A stretch of 64,000 nt of DNA, taken from the NCBI GenBank assembly GCA_039024555.1, contig JBCCQQ010000009.1, positions 32,001-96,000 on the forward strand, given 5' to 3'. The translations under genes were made by a program, and so were the position numbers. The first letter of the stretch is position 1; every line of letters begins with the position of its first letter. This document shows, piece after piece, positions 19,308 to 30,343 of this stretch. The notes under the pieces are model-generated. The model did not search any database, was not told the DNA's origin, and was given only the letters and a program-made list of their open reading frames with translations. Source of the DNA: Cyanobacteria bacterium P01_D01_bin.156. GTDB taxonomy: Bacteria; Cyanobacteriota; Cyanobacteriia; Phormidesmidales; Phormidesmidaceae.

Positions 19308-21524
19308 CTATTCCTTTTGCAGAAGTTCCGAGAAAGCCAGATCTTCCGCAGCAAGCACAAAGATAGTTGGTGGCAGTCCTACTGTCTTTTCCTGTAAGGA
19401 TGTGTAGTAATTGGCAAATTGCTCTTCTGGAGGAGCTAGGCCCATGAGGACTAAGTCTGCTGTTTTCGAGGACTCTATAAGAATCTTGTTGAAGGGTTTA
19501 TCTTCAGCGACAATAATTTTAGACTGTGCACCAATACTCAAAGTATCAATTAGCTTGTCAAGATTAGACTGAGCAGCTTGGGCAGCTGCTTGATTTGGAA
19601 CAACTAATTTGAGGTGGATAGTAGCGGAACGCCATCGCATACTGGTACGAAGAAGATAGGCTAGAATCAGCATCAATCCTCCGTTTGACTGTAAGCCTCC
19701 CCACCAAACATCGATACGCTTTGGTAGTTGCGGCATTTTCCCAGGGGGGTTTCTAAGAATCACGATATTGCGTTTGGCCTGATGACATTTGCGAACAATC
19801 TGGCAATATCTCTGGCGTGCTTGATAGTCGTCTGTTTCGGTATCTCCTAATAAAACCGTGTTTGGTAGAAGTGGGCCAATACCATAGGTGTCAACCAATT
19901 GTTGTGCCCCGGTAGAGGTATCTTCTGCTTCAATGAGTTTGACAAATGCTTGAATGCCTCGCTTTTCTAGGTAATCACGTATTGTGCTGCGGATCTTTTC
20001 CTGTTGCATGAGGTTACGAGCACCCGTTGGTAGGATGCTTGCAACTGTAATCAATCCGCGGTTGTGTGTGAAATCAGTGGCAAGTTCAATCAAGTGCCAG
20101 CGCTTGGTAGGAGCACCTGAAAGAACTAGTAAATGAGGTCGCCAATTTTTGGGGTCAGCATTATCGGCAATGTTTAATAAGCCGGTACGTACTAGAGATA
20201 GCCAAATGCCTTGGCGTACATCTCCCCAGGTGGTGCGAATTTCTCGCCGTTCTAACCATAGATAAATGGTTAGAACGATCATGGCAGCTGCTACTGTAGC
20301 CCCTGGGTTAATCAAAAACATGATGGCTATACAACCTAGGGCTCCCAGTATAGACACATACCAGGGGACTCGAAATGTGGGACGAAAAGACGGGCTTTGT
20401 AAAAACCCTTCAATGCCTGCTGCTACATTAAGCACCATATAGGTCGTAAGAAAAAACATGGTGAGTACTGGAGCGATCGCATTTAGATCACCAATGCAGA
20501 CTACGGCCAATACCACACCCAGAGTAAACCAGGTCCCCAGCCTCGGTTCATCGCTGGGACCGTGACCATGGCCCAGCCATCGTAATCGCTTAGGTAGGAT
20601 ATTATCGCGGGCTAGGGCCTGAAGCACACGAGGTGCGCCCAGAATGCTGCCAATGGCGCTGGAAAGGGTGGCTCCCCATACCCCTAGTAAAATGGCATCT
20701 CCCCAAAACGCGATTTTACGCATGATCAACTTGTCGGCGATCAAACTATTGGGATCCGCACGACTGCTGAGGATTAGGGGAATGCCCATATAGATCAAGT
20801 AACCTACTCCAACAGCCGCCAGGGTGCCGATGGGAATCGATTTTTTGGGGTCTTTGAGGTCACCGGACATATTCACGCCAGACATAATGCCGGTAACTGC
20901 CGGAAAGAAGACGGCAAGTACAGCCCAAAATCCTACATTGCCAGCATCTTCAGGGACGGGTAGATCGGTGGGCGGAGCATCTTGGCCAAAGACTAAACTG
21001 ATGAGCGACAGTAAAATCGCAGCCATAATGACATATTGTGCTTTGATCGCAATATCCGCAGACTTTAGAGCTAAAGCTGTCACGGCGATAGTTGTTACTA
21101 TCGCTAACAAGGTAATAGTGACAGGTAGACCCGGAAACGCTTCAAGTACGCTTTCTGCAAAACCGATAGTGTAAAGAGCCACAGAAAATGCCTGGGCAAA
21201 GTAAAGGGGAATGCCTACGGCACCTCCAGTTTCAATGCCTAGAGAGCGGCTAATCATGTAATAAGCACCACCAGCACGTACAACTTGGTCAGTTGCGATC
21301 GCACTAATAGAAAGGCCCGTAATAAATGTAATAACGGTCGAAATAGTAACAATTAATAAAGTGTTAACTAATCCCATTTGGCCTACTACCCAGCCAAATC
21401 GGAGGTACATAATGACCCCCAGGATAGTCAAAATAGAAGGCGTGAAAACTCCACCGAATGTACCGAGCCCAGTACTGTTAGTCTCAATTACTTTGGAAGA
21501 CGATTCAGGTGCACGCGATGTCAT
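19308..21524 (-). CDS. Cation-chloride cotransporter-like protein (Na-K-Cl, SLC12/APC superfamily)
   Basis: GVFTPSILTILGVIMYLRFGWVVG, GGAYYMISRSLG, FFPAVTGIM.G, KNWRP.LLV, IDVWW motifs typical of CCC transporters. Confidence 0.9.
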   Translation of the reverse strand: MTSRAPESSSKVIETNSTGLGTFGGVFTPSILTILGVIMYLRFGWVVGQMGLVNTLLIVTISTVITFITGLSISAIATDQVVRAGGAYYMISRSLGIETGGAVGIPLYFAQAFSVALYTIGFAESVLEAFPGLPVTITLLAIVTTIAVTALALKSADIAIKAQYVIMAAILLSLISLVFGQDAPPTDLPVPEDAGNVGFWAVLAVFFPAVTGIMSGVNMSGDLKDPKKSIPIGTLAAVGVGYLIYMGIPLILSSRADPNSLIADKLIMRKIAFWGDAILLGVWGATLSSAIGSILGAPRVLQALARDNILPKRLRWLGHGHGPSDEPRLGTWFTLGVVLAVVCIGDLNAIAPVLTMFFLTTYMVLNVAAGIEGFLQSPSFRPTFRVPWYVSILGALGCIAIMFLINPGATVAAAMIVLTIYLWLERREIRTTWGDVRQGIWLSLVRTGLLNIADNADPKNWRPHLLVLSGAPTKRWHLIELATDFTHNRGLITVASILPTGARNLMQQEKIRSTIRDYLEKRGIQAFVKLIEAEDTSTGAQQLVDTYGIGPLLPNTVLLGDTETDDYQARQRYCQIVRKCHQAKRNIVILRNPPGKMPQLPKRIDVWWGGLQSNGGLMLILAYLLRTSMRWRSATIHLKLVVPNQAAAQAAQSNLDKLIDTLSIGAQSKIIVAEDKPFNKILIESSKTADLVLMGLAPPEEQFANYYTSLQEKTVGLPPTIFVLAAEDLAFSELLQKE

Positions 21525-21937
21525 TGTTAGAAATGCGTTAGATCATCTTAATTTAGCTGGCAATGGTATCAACGTGCTACCGCACTCAGAAGTTCATATG
21601 ACACCTTGTCTCTGTAAACCTAGTGTGATGTAAAGCTGAATGGCAATGATTGCCTGGAAGCAATATTCCAGAGCACCCTACTAGAATAGGACGAGGCCAC
21701 ACTGCGCTACTGACTAGTGGTTTTGAGCAAGAGATGCAAATCTGCAGGAAGACTTTTCCAAACAATGACCAGTCGCTCAATTCGGATGCACAGCGGGAGG
21801 TGGAGGTGCTCACGAAAGAGGTAAAGAAGCTATTGCCAATCTCTTGCCTGATGAAACTTGAAAAACCGTGGTGGGCTTATGGCGTTTGAAAAGCTCCTTG
21901 ATGCAAAGGAATAGGTACAGTATGTTCATTGCCCGCA

Positions 21938-23107
21938 TTATTTTGATGCCTGCATGACTAGGAGTGTACCAACGACTAGTCCAAGAAAAGGTGGTAACCA
22001 TGCAGCGGCTATGGGGTCTAACGTTCCAACCTTGCCAAGCGCATCAGCAATGAACCCTACCAGATAGTAACCAAAAATAATGATAATGCTAACCCCAAAG
22101 CTGGTTGCTTTACCCGTTCTCTGGGGGCGAATACCGACTGCCGAGCCAACAATCCCAAAAACGATACAGACAAAAGGTAGAGCGTAGCGTTGCTGCAGAC
22201 GCAATTCCCACACTCTAATTCTGCGTTCATTTCCAGATTTGCGAACAATCTGATTGAGGTGCTGTCGGGTTTCAGCGATGTTCATTTCATCATCGCCTTT
22301 ATTGCGGGAAGCTAGGTCTAAAGGGGTGCGAGGTAAGTCGAGTTCTTGGCGATCAAATTTGACAATGTGACCAAAGGAGCCATCTGGCGAGATAGCGTAG
22401 ATTGTCCCATTGAAGAATGTCCAGACATTATCTAGGAAGTTCCAAGTGGCGGTTTCAGCGCTGACGACCTGCTCAAGACCTGTTTGAGAAAAGTCCAAGA
22501 TTGTCAAACCCTTCATTTCTTCGCCATTAAATCGTCGGGCGTAGAATAATCTTCCAAGTTCTCTGCCGCTGCCATCTTTGGCCTGTTGGTATTCCTGGTA
22601 CATGATGTTGCGTTCTCGAAATGGAGGTTTTTCGGAGTTGAACGCCTGTTCCAACATCACTGTTGCCCGATAGTTTGCAGCTGGAGTAATGACTTCATTA
22701 AAGACAAATGTTAGTCCCGTGATAAGGATGCTGAGCACAAAAGCAGGTGCAATAATGCGGCGTACGCTAACACCACACCCCCTTAATGCCGTTAGTTCAC
22801 TATCGCTGGAAAAACGACTGTAGGTCATCATTGTTGCCAGCAGTGTTGACATGGGAAATGCCAACACTACAAATTCTGGCATTTTTAACACAAAGACCTG
22901 TAGTGCTAGGCCTACTTCTAAACCAGATTCAGTTACTTTTCGAATCAGGTCAAACAGTGCTCCTACAGATACTAGGATTGAAGAAAATGCACCAACGCCA
23001 AAGAGAAACGGTAAAGAGAGCTCCTTGGCAATATAACGATCCATGATTGACAAGGATGGCCACCAGCTCAGAAATGAACGAGACGTGTCGGAGGAAATGG
23101 TGGACAT
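21938..23107 (-). CDS. LptF/LptG family LPS export permease
   Basis: IMDRYIAKE, SELTALRGCGVS, FNEVITP; 3+3 TM layout; directly after lptB. Confidence 0.92.
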   Translation of the reverse strand: MSTISSDTSRSFLSWWPSLSIMDRYIAKELSLPFLFGVGAFSSILVSVGALFDLIRKVTESGLEVGLALQVFVLKMPEFVVLAFPMSTLLATMMTYSRFSSDSELTALRGCGVSVRRIIAPAFVLSILITGLTFVFNEVITPAANYRATVMLEQAFNSEKPPFRERNIMYQEYQQAKDGSGRELGRLFYARRFNGEEMKGLTILDFSQTGLEQVVSAETATWNFLDNVWTFFNGTIYAISPDGSFGHIVKFDRQELDLPRTPLDLASRNKGDDEMNIAETRQHLNQIVRKSGNERRIRVWELRLQQRYALPFVCIVFGIVGSAVGIRPQRTGKATSFGVSIIIIFGYYLVGFIADALGKVGTLDPIAAAWLPPFLGLVVGTLLVMQASK

Positions 23108-23183
23108 GGGGCAATGGCGGTGGGGTGGGTTAAGGAAAATGCAACGCCCAGTTTGTTCAAACTAAGCGACTTTAGAGGTTGGA

Positions 23184-23963
23184 TTACAATTTGAAGTCAT
23201 CCCCTAGGTAGTGCTCGCGTACTAATGGGTTCGAGGCTAAATCTTCAGCACTTCCATAAGCTAAGATGCGTCCATCGCTCATAATATATGCGCGGTCAAT
23301 AATCCGCAGTGTTTCGCGCACATTATGGTCCGTGATAAGAATGCCCATTTTGCGATCGCGTAAGTTAGATACAATTTCCTGAATTTCTGAAACAGCAATT
23401 GGATCTACACCTGCAAAAGGTTCATCTAGAAACAAAAATGTAGGCCCTTGTTTGCCAGTTGCTAAAGCACGAGCCAATTCTGTTCGTCGCCGTTCTCCGC
23501 CAGAAACCTGAATTCCCAACGTATCAGCCACCTTGTCTAAGCGAAACTCTCGTATCAGCGTTGCCAATCGTTCAGGACGCTCATGTTTAGGAACTCGTGT
23601 TTGCTCCATGACCAAGCGAATATTATCTTCGACTGTTAGATTCCGAAAGATACTTGCTTCTTGAGCTAAATATCCAATCCCTAATCTGGCTCGTTCATGG
23701 ATAGATAACTTAGTGATCTCTTGGCCGTTTAATCTGACAGTGCCTTGATCAGGATGCTCTAATCCAATAGCCATATAGAATGTGGTTGTTTTGCCTGCCC
23801 CATTAGGTCCCAATAAGCCTACAATTTCCCCTTGAGCAACTGACACACTTACACCACGAACGATAGTTCGTTTTCCGTAGGACTTATGAACATTCTCCAA
23901 AGCTAAAACGGCTTCTGATGAGTGCAAGCTCTGAGAGGTAGAGCCAATAGCAGATGAGAGCAT
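23184..23963 (-). CDS. lptB: LPS export ABC transporter ATP-binding protein
   Basis: GPNGAGKTT, SGGERRR, LDEPFAGVDPIAV, ITDHNVRETL motifs. Confidence 0.95.
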   Translation of the reverse strand: MLSSAIGSTSQSLHSSEAVLALENVHKSYGKRTIVRGVSVSVAQGEIVGLLGPNGAGKTTTFYMAIGLEHPDQGTVRLNGQEITKLSIHERARLGIGYLAQEASIFRNLTVEDNIRLVMEQTRVPKHERPERLATLIREFRLDKVADTLGIQVSGGERRRTELARALATGKQGPTFLFLDEPFAGVDPIAVSEIQEIVSNLRDRKMGILITDHNVRETLRIIDRAYIMSDGRILAYGSAEDLASNPLVREHYLGDDFKL

Positions 23964-24488
23964 TTATTCATCCGTTGGGACAGCAAAATCGGGCAATTCC
24001 TCAGGCAAGGCTGGGAGTGTGGTTTCAGGTTCGGGTTGAGGGGCTACACCAGGCTCTTCAGTGGGCTCTGGCAAAACATAAACTGATTCAACCTGCTCAT
24101 TGGTGCTTGGGGTCGCTACAAATCGTCCTTCATCAATGAGATATGTGACGACCTCAGCTTCTATCGTATTAGCTTCCTGCTGCACAAAGACTTCCCCTGT
24201 TAGTACAATGCGTCTTTCTCGACTGTAGTACTGGGCCTGTGCAGATGTGGCGTAAATTGCCTGTTCAGGATACTCAATTCTTACATTACCCCGGGCTGTA
24301 ATAATTCCATTATTAGCATCTGCTTCTTGAACATCGGCTCTCAACGTAATCGAGCCACCACCAGACTGTGCTTGGGAGGGAAAATTGGTGCTGGCTAACA
24401 TGATCAGTAATGCCAACACACCGACCCTACAGCGCTGAATCGGCCTAGAAAAAGGGGATTTTAAAGTATGCCCACTTAATACAACCAT
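23964..24488 (-). CDS. lptA: LptA/OstA family protein
   Basis: Signal peptide, ITARGNVRI, AQY, IVLTGEV beta-jellyroll pattern; abuts lptB. Confidence 0.85.
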   Translation of the reverse strand: MVVLSGHTLKSPFSRPIQRCRVGVLALLIMLASTNFPSQAQSGGGSITLRADVQEADANNGIITARGNVRIEYPEQAIYATSAQAQYYSRERRIVLTGEVFVQQEANTIEAEVVTYLIDEGRFVATPSTNEQVESVYVLPEPTEEPGVAPQPEPETTLPALPEELPDFAVPTDE

Positions 24489-24768
24489 GGTCTGCTCTCA
24501 GCTATTACCCACTATTAATCTATCGCTTGATGTCGTTCTAAGAAGTCGTTCTGGCCCAGTTCTGCCACTGGCTGGTTGTGAATTAAAACATACCTATGGT
24601 CAGATCTATCTACTGGCCGTGCGCATAAGTTCTTATTGTTGGGCTGTTTAGAGTATTTTTGCAAACCTTGGGAACGACTTTTTCAAAAGTCACTTCATAA
24701 AAGAATGGATGGAGAATAAGTGGCACACAATAGCAAGGGATAGATTAAAAGAAGTCTTCCCCATATGC

Positions 24769-25245
24769 TTATACCTTTTTGATTTTGGGGACTATCAACT
24801 TAGTGTCACTGTCAAGCTTGACTATAAATGCTACCTCGTCTGATAAGACAGGTCCTAATTGATGTACCTGTTCAGGACCCAGGGTTTGTAGAGCTGTTAA
24901 CCAATTGATAGCCTGATCAACTAAATCAGCGACATCAATACCTCCATAGGACTCACCATAGTCATCTAAACGATGACTACCCTCTCCTAATAAAATAGCA
25001 GCCCCCTGCCAGTTGAGATTGGTGAGATGGTAAAGGCCAACAGCAATTTGAAGAATGCCCTGATAAAAGCCTCGCTCAGACTGCTTAGCATCCATCCAAA
25101 TGGCTTCTAGTGTGTCGTGGCAGGCGTAATATTCACCTTGATTAAATTGCGTGACCCCAATCCAGAATTCATCAGGCTGCTCATGATTGCTTGTAGATTC
25201 AATGGGATTCAGCATGGGTAGGCTACAGCTAGCAGAATCTTGCAA
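24769..25245 (-). CDS. DUF309 family protein
   Basis: [17 protein letters not shown] and [14 protein letters not shown] motifs. Confidence 0.9.
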   Translation of the reverse strand: MQDSASCSLPMLNPIESTSNHEQPDEFWIGVTQFNQGEYYACHDTLEAIWMDAKQSERGFYQGILQIAVGLYHLTNLNWQGAAILLGEGSHRLDDYGESYGGIDVADLVDQAINWLTALQTLGPEQVHQLGPVLSDEVAFIVKLDSDTKLIVPKIKKV

Positions 25246-25289
25246 ATGTTATTCTCCACTTTGAGTGTGTGTTGTTTGGAGTGTCAAGT

Positions 25290-26717
25290 ATGGTAATGTC
25301 GCCTTTTAAGCCTCAGCAGACAAATTTTGGTACCGGTTGGCAACCTCTAGATTTGCCTATGTCGCCGCTGTTTGGAACCGATGGGATTCGTAGTCGTGCA
25401 GGTGAATTGCTGACAGCTCCTTTAGCATTGCAAGTGGGATTTTGGGCTGGTCAAATTCTCCGTCAGCAGCAGTCAGGAGCTATTGTGCTGGGGCAAGATT
25501 CTCGTAACTCTAGCCCCATGATTGCATCTGCTCTTGCGGCTGGGCTTACTTCCGCTGGTGTGGAGGTGTGGGATATGGGATTGTGCCCAACTGCAGCGGT
25601 TGCTTTTATGGCAGGCGATGCTTGTACAGCCGGTGGCATTATGATTTCGGCTAGCCATAATCCTCCTGGCGATAATGGCATCAAGTTTTTTGGGGCTGAT
25701 GGAACGAAGTTAGAAAAAGCACTACAGGCGGCAATTGAACAGGCTCTGCGCCAAGGTTCATGCTCCAGCTCGTTTCATCCCGGTAATCAGTGGGGCGCTA
25801 CCTATCATCGCCCCGAACTGGTTGATCGTTATATTGAATTCTTGCATCAGCCTTTTTCTGCTCAAAATTATTTGAGTGGTATGCGTATTGTTTTGGATTT
25901 GGCCTGGGGCGCAGCTACTCGCGTTGCCCAGCAAGTTTTTGAAGCGACTGGGGCAGAGGTCATTATTATTCATGGTTGTGCGGATGGTAATCGGATCAAC
26001 GTTAACTGTGGGTCCACACACCTAAGCTCTCTGAAAGCTGCTGTTGCTGAGCATAAAGCTGATATCGGTTTTGCATTTGATGGGGATGCAGATCGGGTGA
26101 TGGCCGTTGATAATCAAGGCCGTGTAGTGAATGGTGACTATATCCTTTATTTCTGGGGACAAACCCTTAAACATATAGGCCAGCTCCCCGACAATACAAT
26201 CATCTCAACTGTGATGGCTAATTTAGGATTTGAGCGAGCTTGGCAAAAGCAAGGGGGCACTCTGGTTCGTACGAAAGTTGGCGATCAACATGTCCATGCG
26301 GAAATGGTTGCCCGAGGCGCAATGCTGGGGGGTGAGCAGTCGGGGCATATTCTCTGTCACCATTACAGTCTGACTGGCGATGGCATTTTGACGGCTCTAC
26401 ATTTGGCGAATTGGCTGAAGCAGGCGGAGTGCTGTTTACCTACACTCATTGATCAAAGTTTTGCACCCTATCCACAACAGCTCAAAAATGTATGTGTTAA
26501 AGATCGGGAAAAACGACGTACTTGGTCTGATTGTGAACCTGTACAGCAGGTGATTTCAAAAGCTGAATCGGCTATGGGCGATCAAGGTCGCGTTTTAGTT
26601 AGGGCTTCTGGAACAGAACCTGTGATCCGGGTCATGGTGGAAGCTGCTGATGCTGGGTTGGTGGATTACTGGACGAACACCATAGCTGACGCTGTGTCAG
26701 TGCATGTGGCTAGTTAA
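25290..26717 (+). CDS. glmM: Phosphoglucosamine mutase
   Basis: [41 protein letters not shown] motifs. Confidence 0.95.
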   Translation: MVMSPFKPQQTNFGTGWQPLDLPMSPLFGTDGIRSRAGELLTAPLALQVGFWAGQILRQQQSGAIVLGQDSRNSSPMIASALAAGLTSAGVEVWDMGLCPTAAVAFMAGDACTAGGIMISASHNPPGDNGIKFFGADGTKLEKALQAAIEQALRQGSCSSSFHPGNQWGATYHRPELVDRYIEFLHQPFSAQNYLSGMRIVLDLAWGAATRVAQQVFEATGAEVIIIHGCADGNRINVNCGSTHLSSLKAAVAEHKADIGFAFDGDADRVMAVDNQGRVVNGDYILYFWGQTLKHIGQLPDNTIISTVMANLGFERAWQKQGGTLVRTKVGDQHVHAEMVARGAMLGGEQSGHILCHHYSLTGDGILTALHLANWLKQAECCLPTLIDQSFAPYPQQLKNVCVKDREKRRTWSDCEPVQQVISKAESAMGDQGRVLVRASGTEPVIRVMVEAADAGLVDYWTNTIADAVSVHVAS

Positions 26718-26947
26718 GCAGCGTCACTGTGTCTAGATTAGTGATATGTAGACACAGTGCATCGTTTATCCGTAAGCAGGATGTTTTTTGGTTGTTATGC
26801 CCAAGGTATATCCTGCTTACGCATCACTGATTCAATTGTATTGCTCAGAAAGGGGCGTATAAAAAAGCTCTATGGCTTGCGCCTGACCATGACGGTGTGA
26901 CATCATAGATCCCCTGTGTCAATAATTGCTAGCTAGCACCATCGATC

Positions 26948-27136
26948 ATGGCAAAAGGCGTCCGCATTATCATTACGTTGGAATGTACGGAGTGTCGTAG
27001 TAATCCCAGTAAGCGCTCTAAGGGAGTTTCACGCTACACCACCCAAAAAAATCGTCGGAATACAACCGGCCGTTTAGAACTTAAAAAGTTCTGTACCCAT
27101 TGCAACACCCATACTGTTCATAAAGAAATTAAGTAG
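26948..27136 (+). CDS. rpmG: 50S ribosomal protein L33 (zinc-ribbon form)
   Basis: LECTEC, Y.T.KNRRN, LELKKFC..C..HT.HKEIK. Confidence 0.97.
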   Translation: MAKGVRIIITLECTECRSNPSKRSKGVSRYTTQKNRRNTTGRLELKKFCTHCNTHTVHKEIK

Positions 27137-27146
27137 CATAAGCACC

Positions 27147-27362
27147 ATGGCCTATTTTCGTCGTCGGGTATCGCCTATTAAGCCCGAAGAAAAAATTGAT
27201 TATAAGGATGTTGACTTGCTGCGTAAGTTTATTACTGAACGTGGCAAGATTTTACCCCGACGTATTACTGGTTTAACTGCTAAGCAGCAGCGTGATTTGA
27301 CAGTTGCGATTAAGCGGGCTCGTATCCTGGCATTACTCCCGTATGTGAATCGCGAAGGTTAA
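27147..27362 (+). CDS. rpsR: 30S ribosomal protein S18
   Basis: [32 protein letters not shown] motifs. Confidence 0.98.
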   Translation: MAYFRRRVSPIKPEEKIDYKDVDLLRKFITERGKILPRRITGLTAKQQRDLTVAIKRARILALLPYVNREG

Positions 27363-27481
27363 GTCCCTAACGGCTTTGTTAGCTGAGCTATTGATAGTTC
27401 AACAATTCTGTTATTTAAAGTGCTCGAAAGTTCTTCGATAACAGTAAGCCAGCAATAAAACCATAATGGTAAGGATCTAGG

Positions 27482-29530
27482 TTGGTGGAAAAGGGAACGC
27501 TGATCGAGTTTAAGGTGCAAGGAGCTCCACGTTTAGGGGTAGCTGATCGCCCGGAAGGTAAAAAAAACTGGGTAGTGATCGATGGTAACGGTCAGTCTCA
27601 TGTTTTACACCCTCGTCAGATTACCTATATTGTTGGTGAAGGTAGTTATCAGCCAGCGGATATCGCTAGTTTTTTGGCTGAAGCTGAACCGAACATTGAT
27701 CCTGAAAGCCTTGAAGTGGCTTGGGAATTTTTGCAAGAAGCTGGTGAGTCAACTGACCCAGCTTCTTTGGCATTGCTGCTTTTTTCTGAGCAATCTCCTG
27801 CACTTTGCTACGCGGCTTACTGTTTGCTCAGCACCGATAAAGTCTTTTTCAAGTGTAAAGGGGAACATTACGAGCCTCGTTCGGCGAAGCAGGTTGATGA
27901 GGTGCGTCATCAGCAGGCTCGAGAATCTGCCCGCAAGCGTGAGTGGGAAGGGTTTTTGGTGCGAGCGCGCCAAGCTTTAGCTGGTAATCAGCAAGACAAT
28001 GATGAAAATGCGGCTGTTCTGACGGTTCAATGGGAAAAGACGGATCGTTCTCGCCTAGATTTATTAGAGCGCTACGCTACTCTAGGGGAAGACTGCTCGC
28101 AAAAAACAGCGGCACAAGAGATTTTATTGGCACTGAATTTGGGCACGGATGCTGAAAGTGCATTTCGACTCTTGGTGGATTTAGGACTGTGGAGTCCTCA
28201 TGAAAATCTAGCACTGCGGCGTAGTCAGATTCCGGTTCATATTCCTGATGCTATTAATGCCATGGTGCAGCAGCGTATTGATAATCCTCCACCGGATGCT
28301 GATACGGATCGACTCGATCTAACCCATCTGAAGGTATATACCATCGACGATGAAAGTACTCGTGAAATTGATGATGGCCTTAGCCTAGAGAATTTGCAGG
28401 ATGGTCGTACGCGTATTTGGGTGCATATTGCTGACCCGACTCGTTGGCTGTTGCCCGGTGATGAGATTGATTTAGAGGCCCGTCGTCGCTGTACAACTGT
28501 ATATTTGCCAACGGGAATGATTCCCATGTTTCCGGAAGCTTTGGCTACAGGCCCCATGAGCTTACGGCAAGGGCAGTTATGTTGTGCGCTCAGTTTTGGT
28601 GTGGTCTTAAATGAAGCAGCAGCAGTTGAAGAGTATGCAATTCGAGCGAGCTTGATCAAGCCTACCTATCGTCTTACCTATGATGATGTGGATGAAATGT
28701 TGGAGCTGGGTCTCAAGGCTGAACCTGAGCTGAATGCGATCGCAGTTTGGGCTAAGCTGCGACGCCAATGGCGTAAGTCCCAGGGAGCTATTTCTATCAA
28801 TATGCCTGAGTCATCTATTAAAGTGATTGACGAAGAAATTACGATTGATGTTTTAGAAAATTCCCAGTCCCGACAAACCGTTGCAGAAATGATGATCTTG
28901 GCTGGGGAAGTGGCCGCTCGCTATGGCGAAGCTAATGCCTTGGCAATTCCTTTCCGAAGTCAACCAGAACCAGAGCTGCCATCTGATAACGAGCTGCTGC
29001 AGTTACCATCGGGCTGGGTTAGAGATTCTGCTATTCGTCGCTGTATGCCTCGTAGTGAAATGGGTATTAACCCTGCTCGCCATGCCACCTTGGGGTTGGA
29101 CTATTATAGCCAGGTGACCTCACCGATTCGACGCTACACCGACTTGCTGGCCCATTTTCAACTCAAGGCCCATTTACGAGGAGAAACTTTACCATTTTCT
29201 CCTGAAGAAATGACAGAACTCACCCAGGGGGTATCTACGGCTGCCTATGAGGCCGTGACTGTAGAACGTCAGACTAAACGCTATTGGGCATTAGAGTTTT
29301 TGCGTCGTCAGGGAGCGCAAGCTTGGCCAGCCATGCTGCTCCGTTGGTTACGCGAACATGAAAATCTAGGGCTAGTGATAATTGAAGACCTGGGATTAGA
29401 ATTAGCCATGCGATTTGACACTCCACCAGTTCTAGGAGAACGCTTTGAAGTTAAGGTGGTCCATGCGAATCCCAGGCAGGATTTTATTCGTTTAGAGTTA
29501 GTGCCGCTGACGAATGAAGCAGTGGCATGA
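27482..29530 (+). CDS. Ribonuclease II/R family exoribonuclease (RNB domain)
   Basis: TIDDESTREIDDG, VHIAD, TVYLP...PMFP, TSPIRRY.DL motifs. Confidence 0.93.
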   Translation: MVEKGTLIEFKVQGAPRLGVADRPEGKKNWVVIDGNGQSHVLHPRQITYIVGEGSYQPADIASFLAEAEPNIDPESLEVAWEFLQEAGESTDPASLALLLFSEQSPALCYAAYCLLSTDKVFFKCKGEHYEPRSAKQVDEVRHQQARESARKREWEGFLVRARQALAGNQQDNDENAAVLTVQWEKTDRSRLDLLERYATLGEDCSQKTAAQEILLALNLGTDAESAFRLLVDLGLWSPHENLALRRSQIPVHIPDAINAMVQQRIDNPPPDADTDRLDLTHLKVYTIDDESTREIDDGLSLENLQDGRTRIWVHIADPTRWLLPGDEIDLEARRRCTTVYLPTGMIPMFPEALATGPMSLRQGQLCCALSFGVVLNEAAAVEEYAIRASLIKPTYRLTYDDVDEMLELGLKAEPELNAIAVWAKLRRQWRKSQGAISINMPESSIKVIDEEITIDVLENSQSRQTVAEMMILAGEVAARYGEANALAIPFRSQPEPELPSDNELLQLPSGWVRDSAIRRCMPRSEMGINPARHATLGLDYYSQVTSPIRRYTDLLAHFQLKAHLRGETLPFSPEEMTELTQGVSTAAYEAVTVERQTKRYWALEFLRRQGAQAWPAMLLRWLREHENLGLVIIEDLGLELAMRFDTPPVLGERFEVKVVHANPRQDFIRLELVPLTNEAVA

Positions 29531-30231
29531 CCCCTCAGCCTTTTTTGCATACGACTCCCGGTGAGCTGCTTGGCGATACTCTGAGGCAAACCGTTTCTAT
29601 TGCTCTCGTTGATGGTCAAACTCGACAGTTTCAAGTTGTACTGCCCACTAGTATTGACACGTTGTTAGATCACCCAACGACGCATACTGCCTTTGCTGCA
29701 GACGAATACATGCCCTATTGGGCAGAGCTTTGGCCAGCTGCTTTAATGTTAGGACGGCGTTTAGCCCAGCGGACATGGACGTCTAATCCAAAAGCACTAG
29801 AGGTGGGCTGTGGTGTCGGTTTTGCAGGGCTAGTAGCTTTAGCTCTGGGGATGGAGGTAATCTTTAGCGATTATGATGTGGCTGCTCTTGATTTTGCCGC
29901 TCGTAATGCAAGATTAAATGGATTTACGCGGTTTCAAACCTTGCCCCTAGACTGGCGTCATCCTCCCAAGGGGTTAAAGGTCCCCTTAATCCTGGCTGCT
30001 GACGTTATCTATGAAACCCGCAATATTACTCCCTTGTTGCAGCTGATCAAGGCTTTGCTCAGTGCAGATGGTGAGTTCTGGCTGGCAGATCCGGATCGCC
30101 CACAAAAAGAGGCTTTTCAGCAAGCGTTATATGAGCAAAACTTTGGATTTGAGGCAATGAAGACTGTCTTAGAACGGCCTGAGCAGCCCACTGTCAGAGG
30201 AACGGTCTATCGAATCTGGCGAGTAAACTAG
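29527..30231 (+). CDS. Class I SAM-dependent methyltransferase (Methyltransf_16-like)
   Basis: PYWAELWPAA, LEVGCGVG, SDY, LDW, AADVIYE motifs; ATGA overlap with the RNase gene. Confidence 0.85.
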   Translation: MTPQPFLHTTPGELLGDTLRQTVSIALVDGQTRQFQVVLPTSIDTLLDHPTTHTAFAADEYMPYWAELWPAALMLGRRLAQRTWTSNPKALEVGCGVGFAGLVALALGMEVIFSDYDVAALDFAARNARLNGFTRFQTLPLDWRHPPKGLKVPLILAADVIYETRNITPLLQLIKALLSADGEFWLADPDRPQKEAFQQALYEQNFGFEAMKTVLERPEQPTVRGTVYRIWRVN

Positions 30232-30343
30232 TTCATAACAGCGCCGTGAGATCGCAGCCAAGACTCTTCTTTATTAGATAGTCCGCTCACTTGGTTAAAA
30301 TGAGTTCCTTCTGTTTTTGGTCGGGCCTATGTGGATGTGTTGC

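Noticed and set aside
21586..22001. Short ORFs between the CCC transporter and the lptF/G gene, including the 79-aa plus-strand ORF
   Set aside because: No recognisable motif, weak start context and mutual overlap. They cannot be supported without a homology search.
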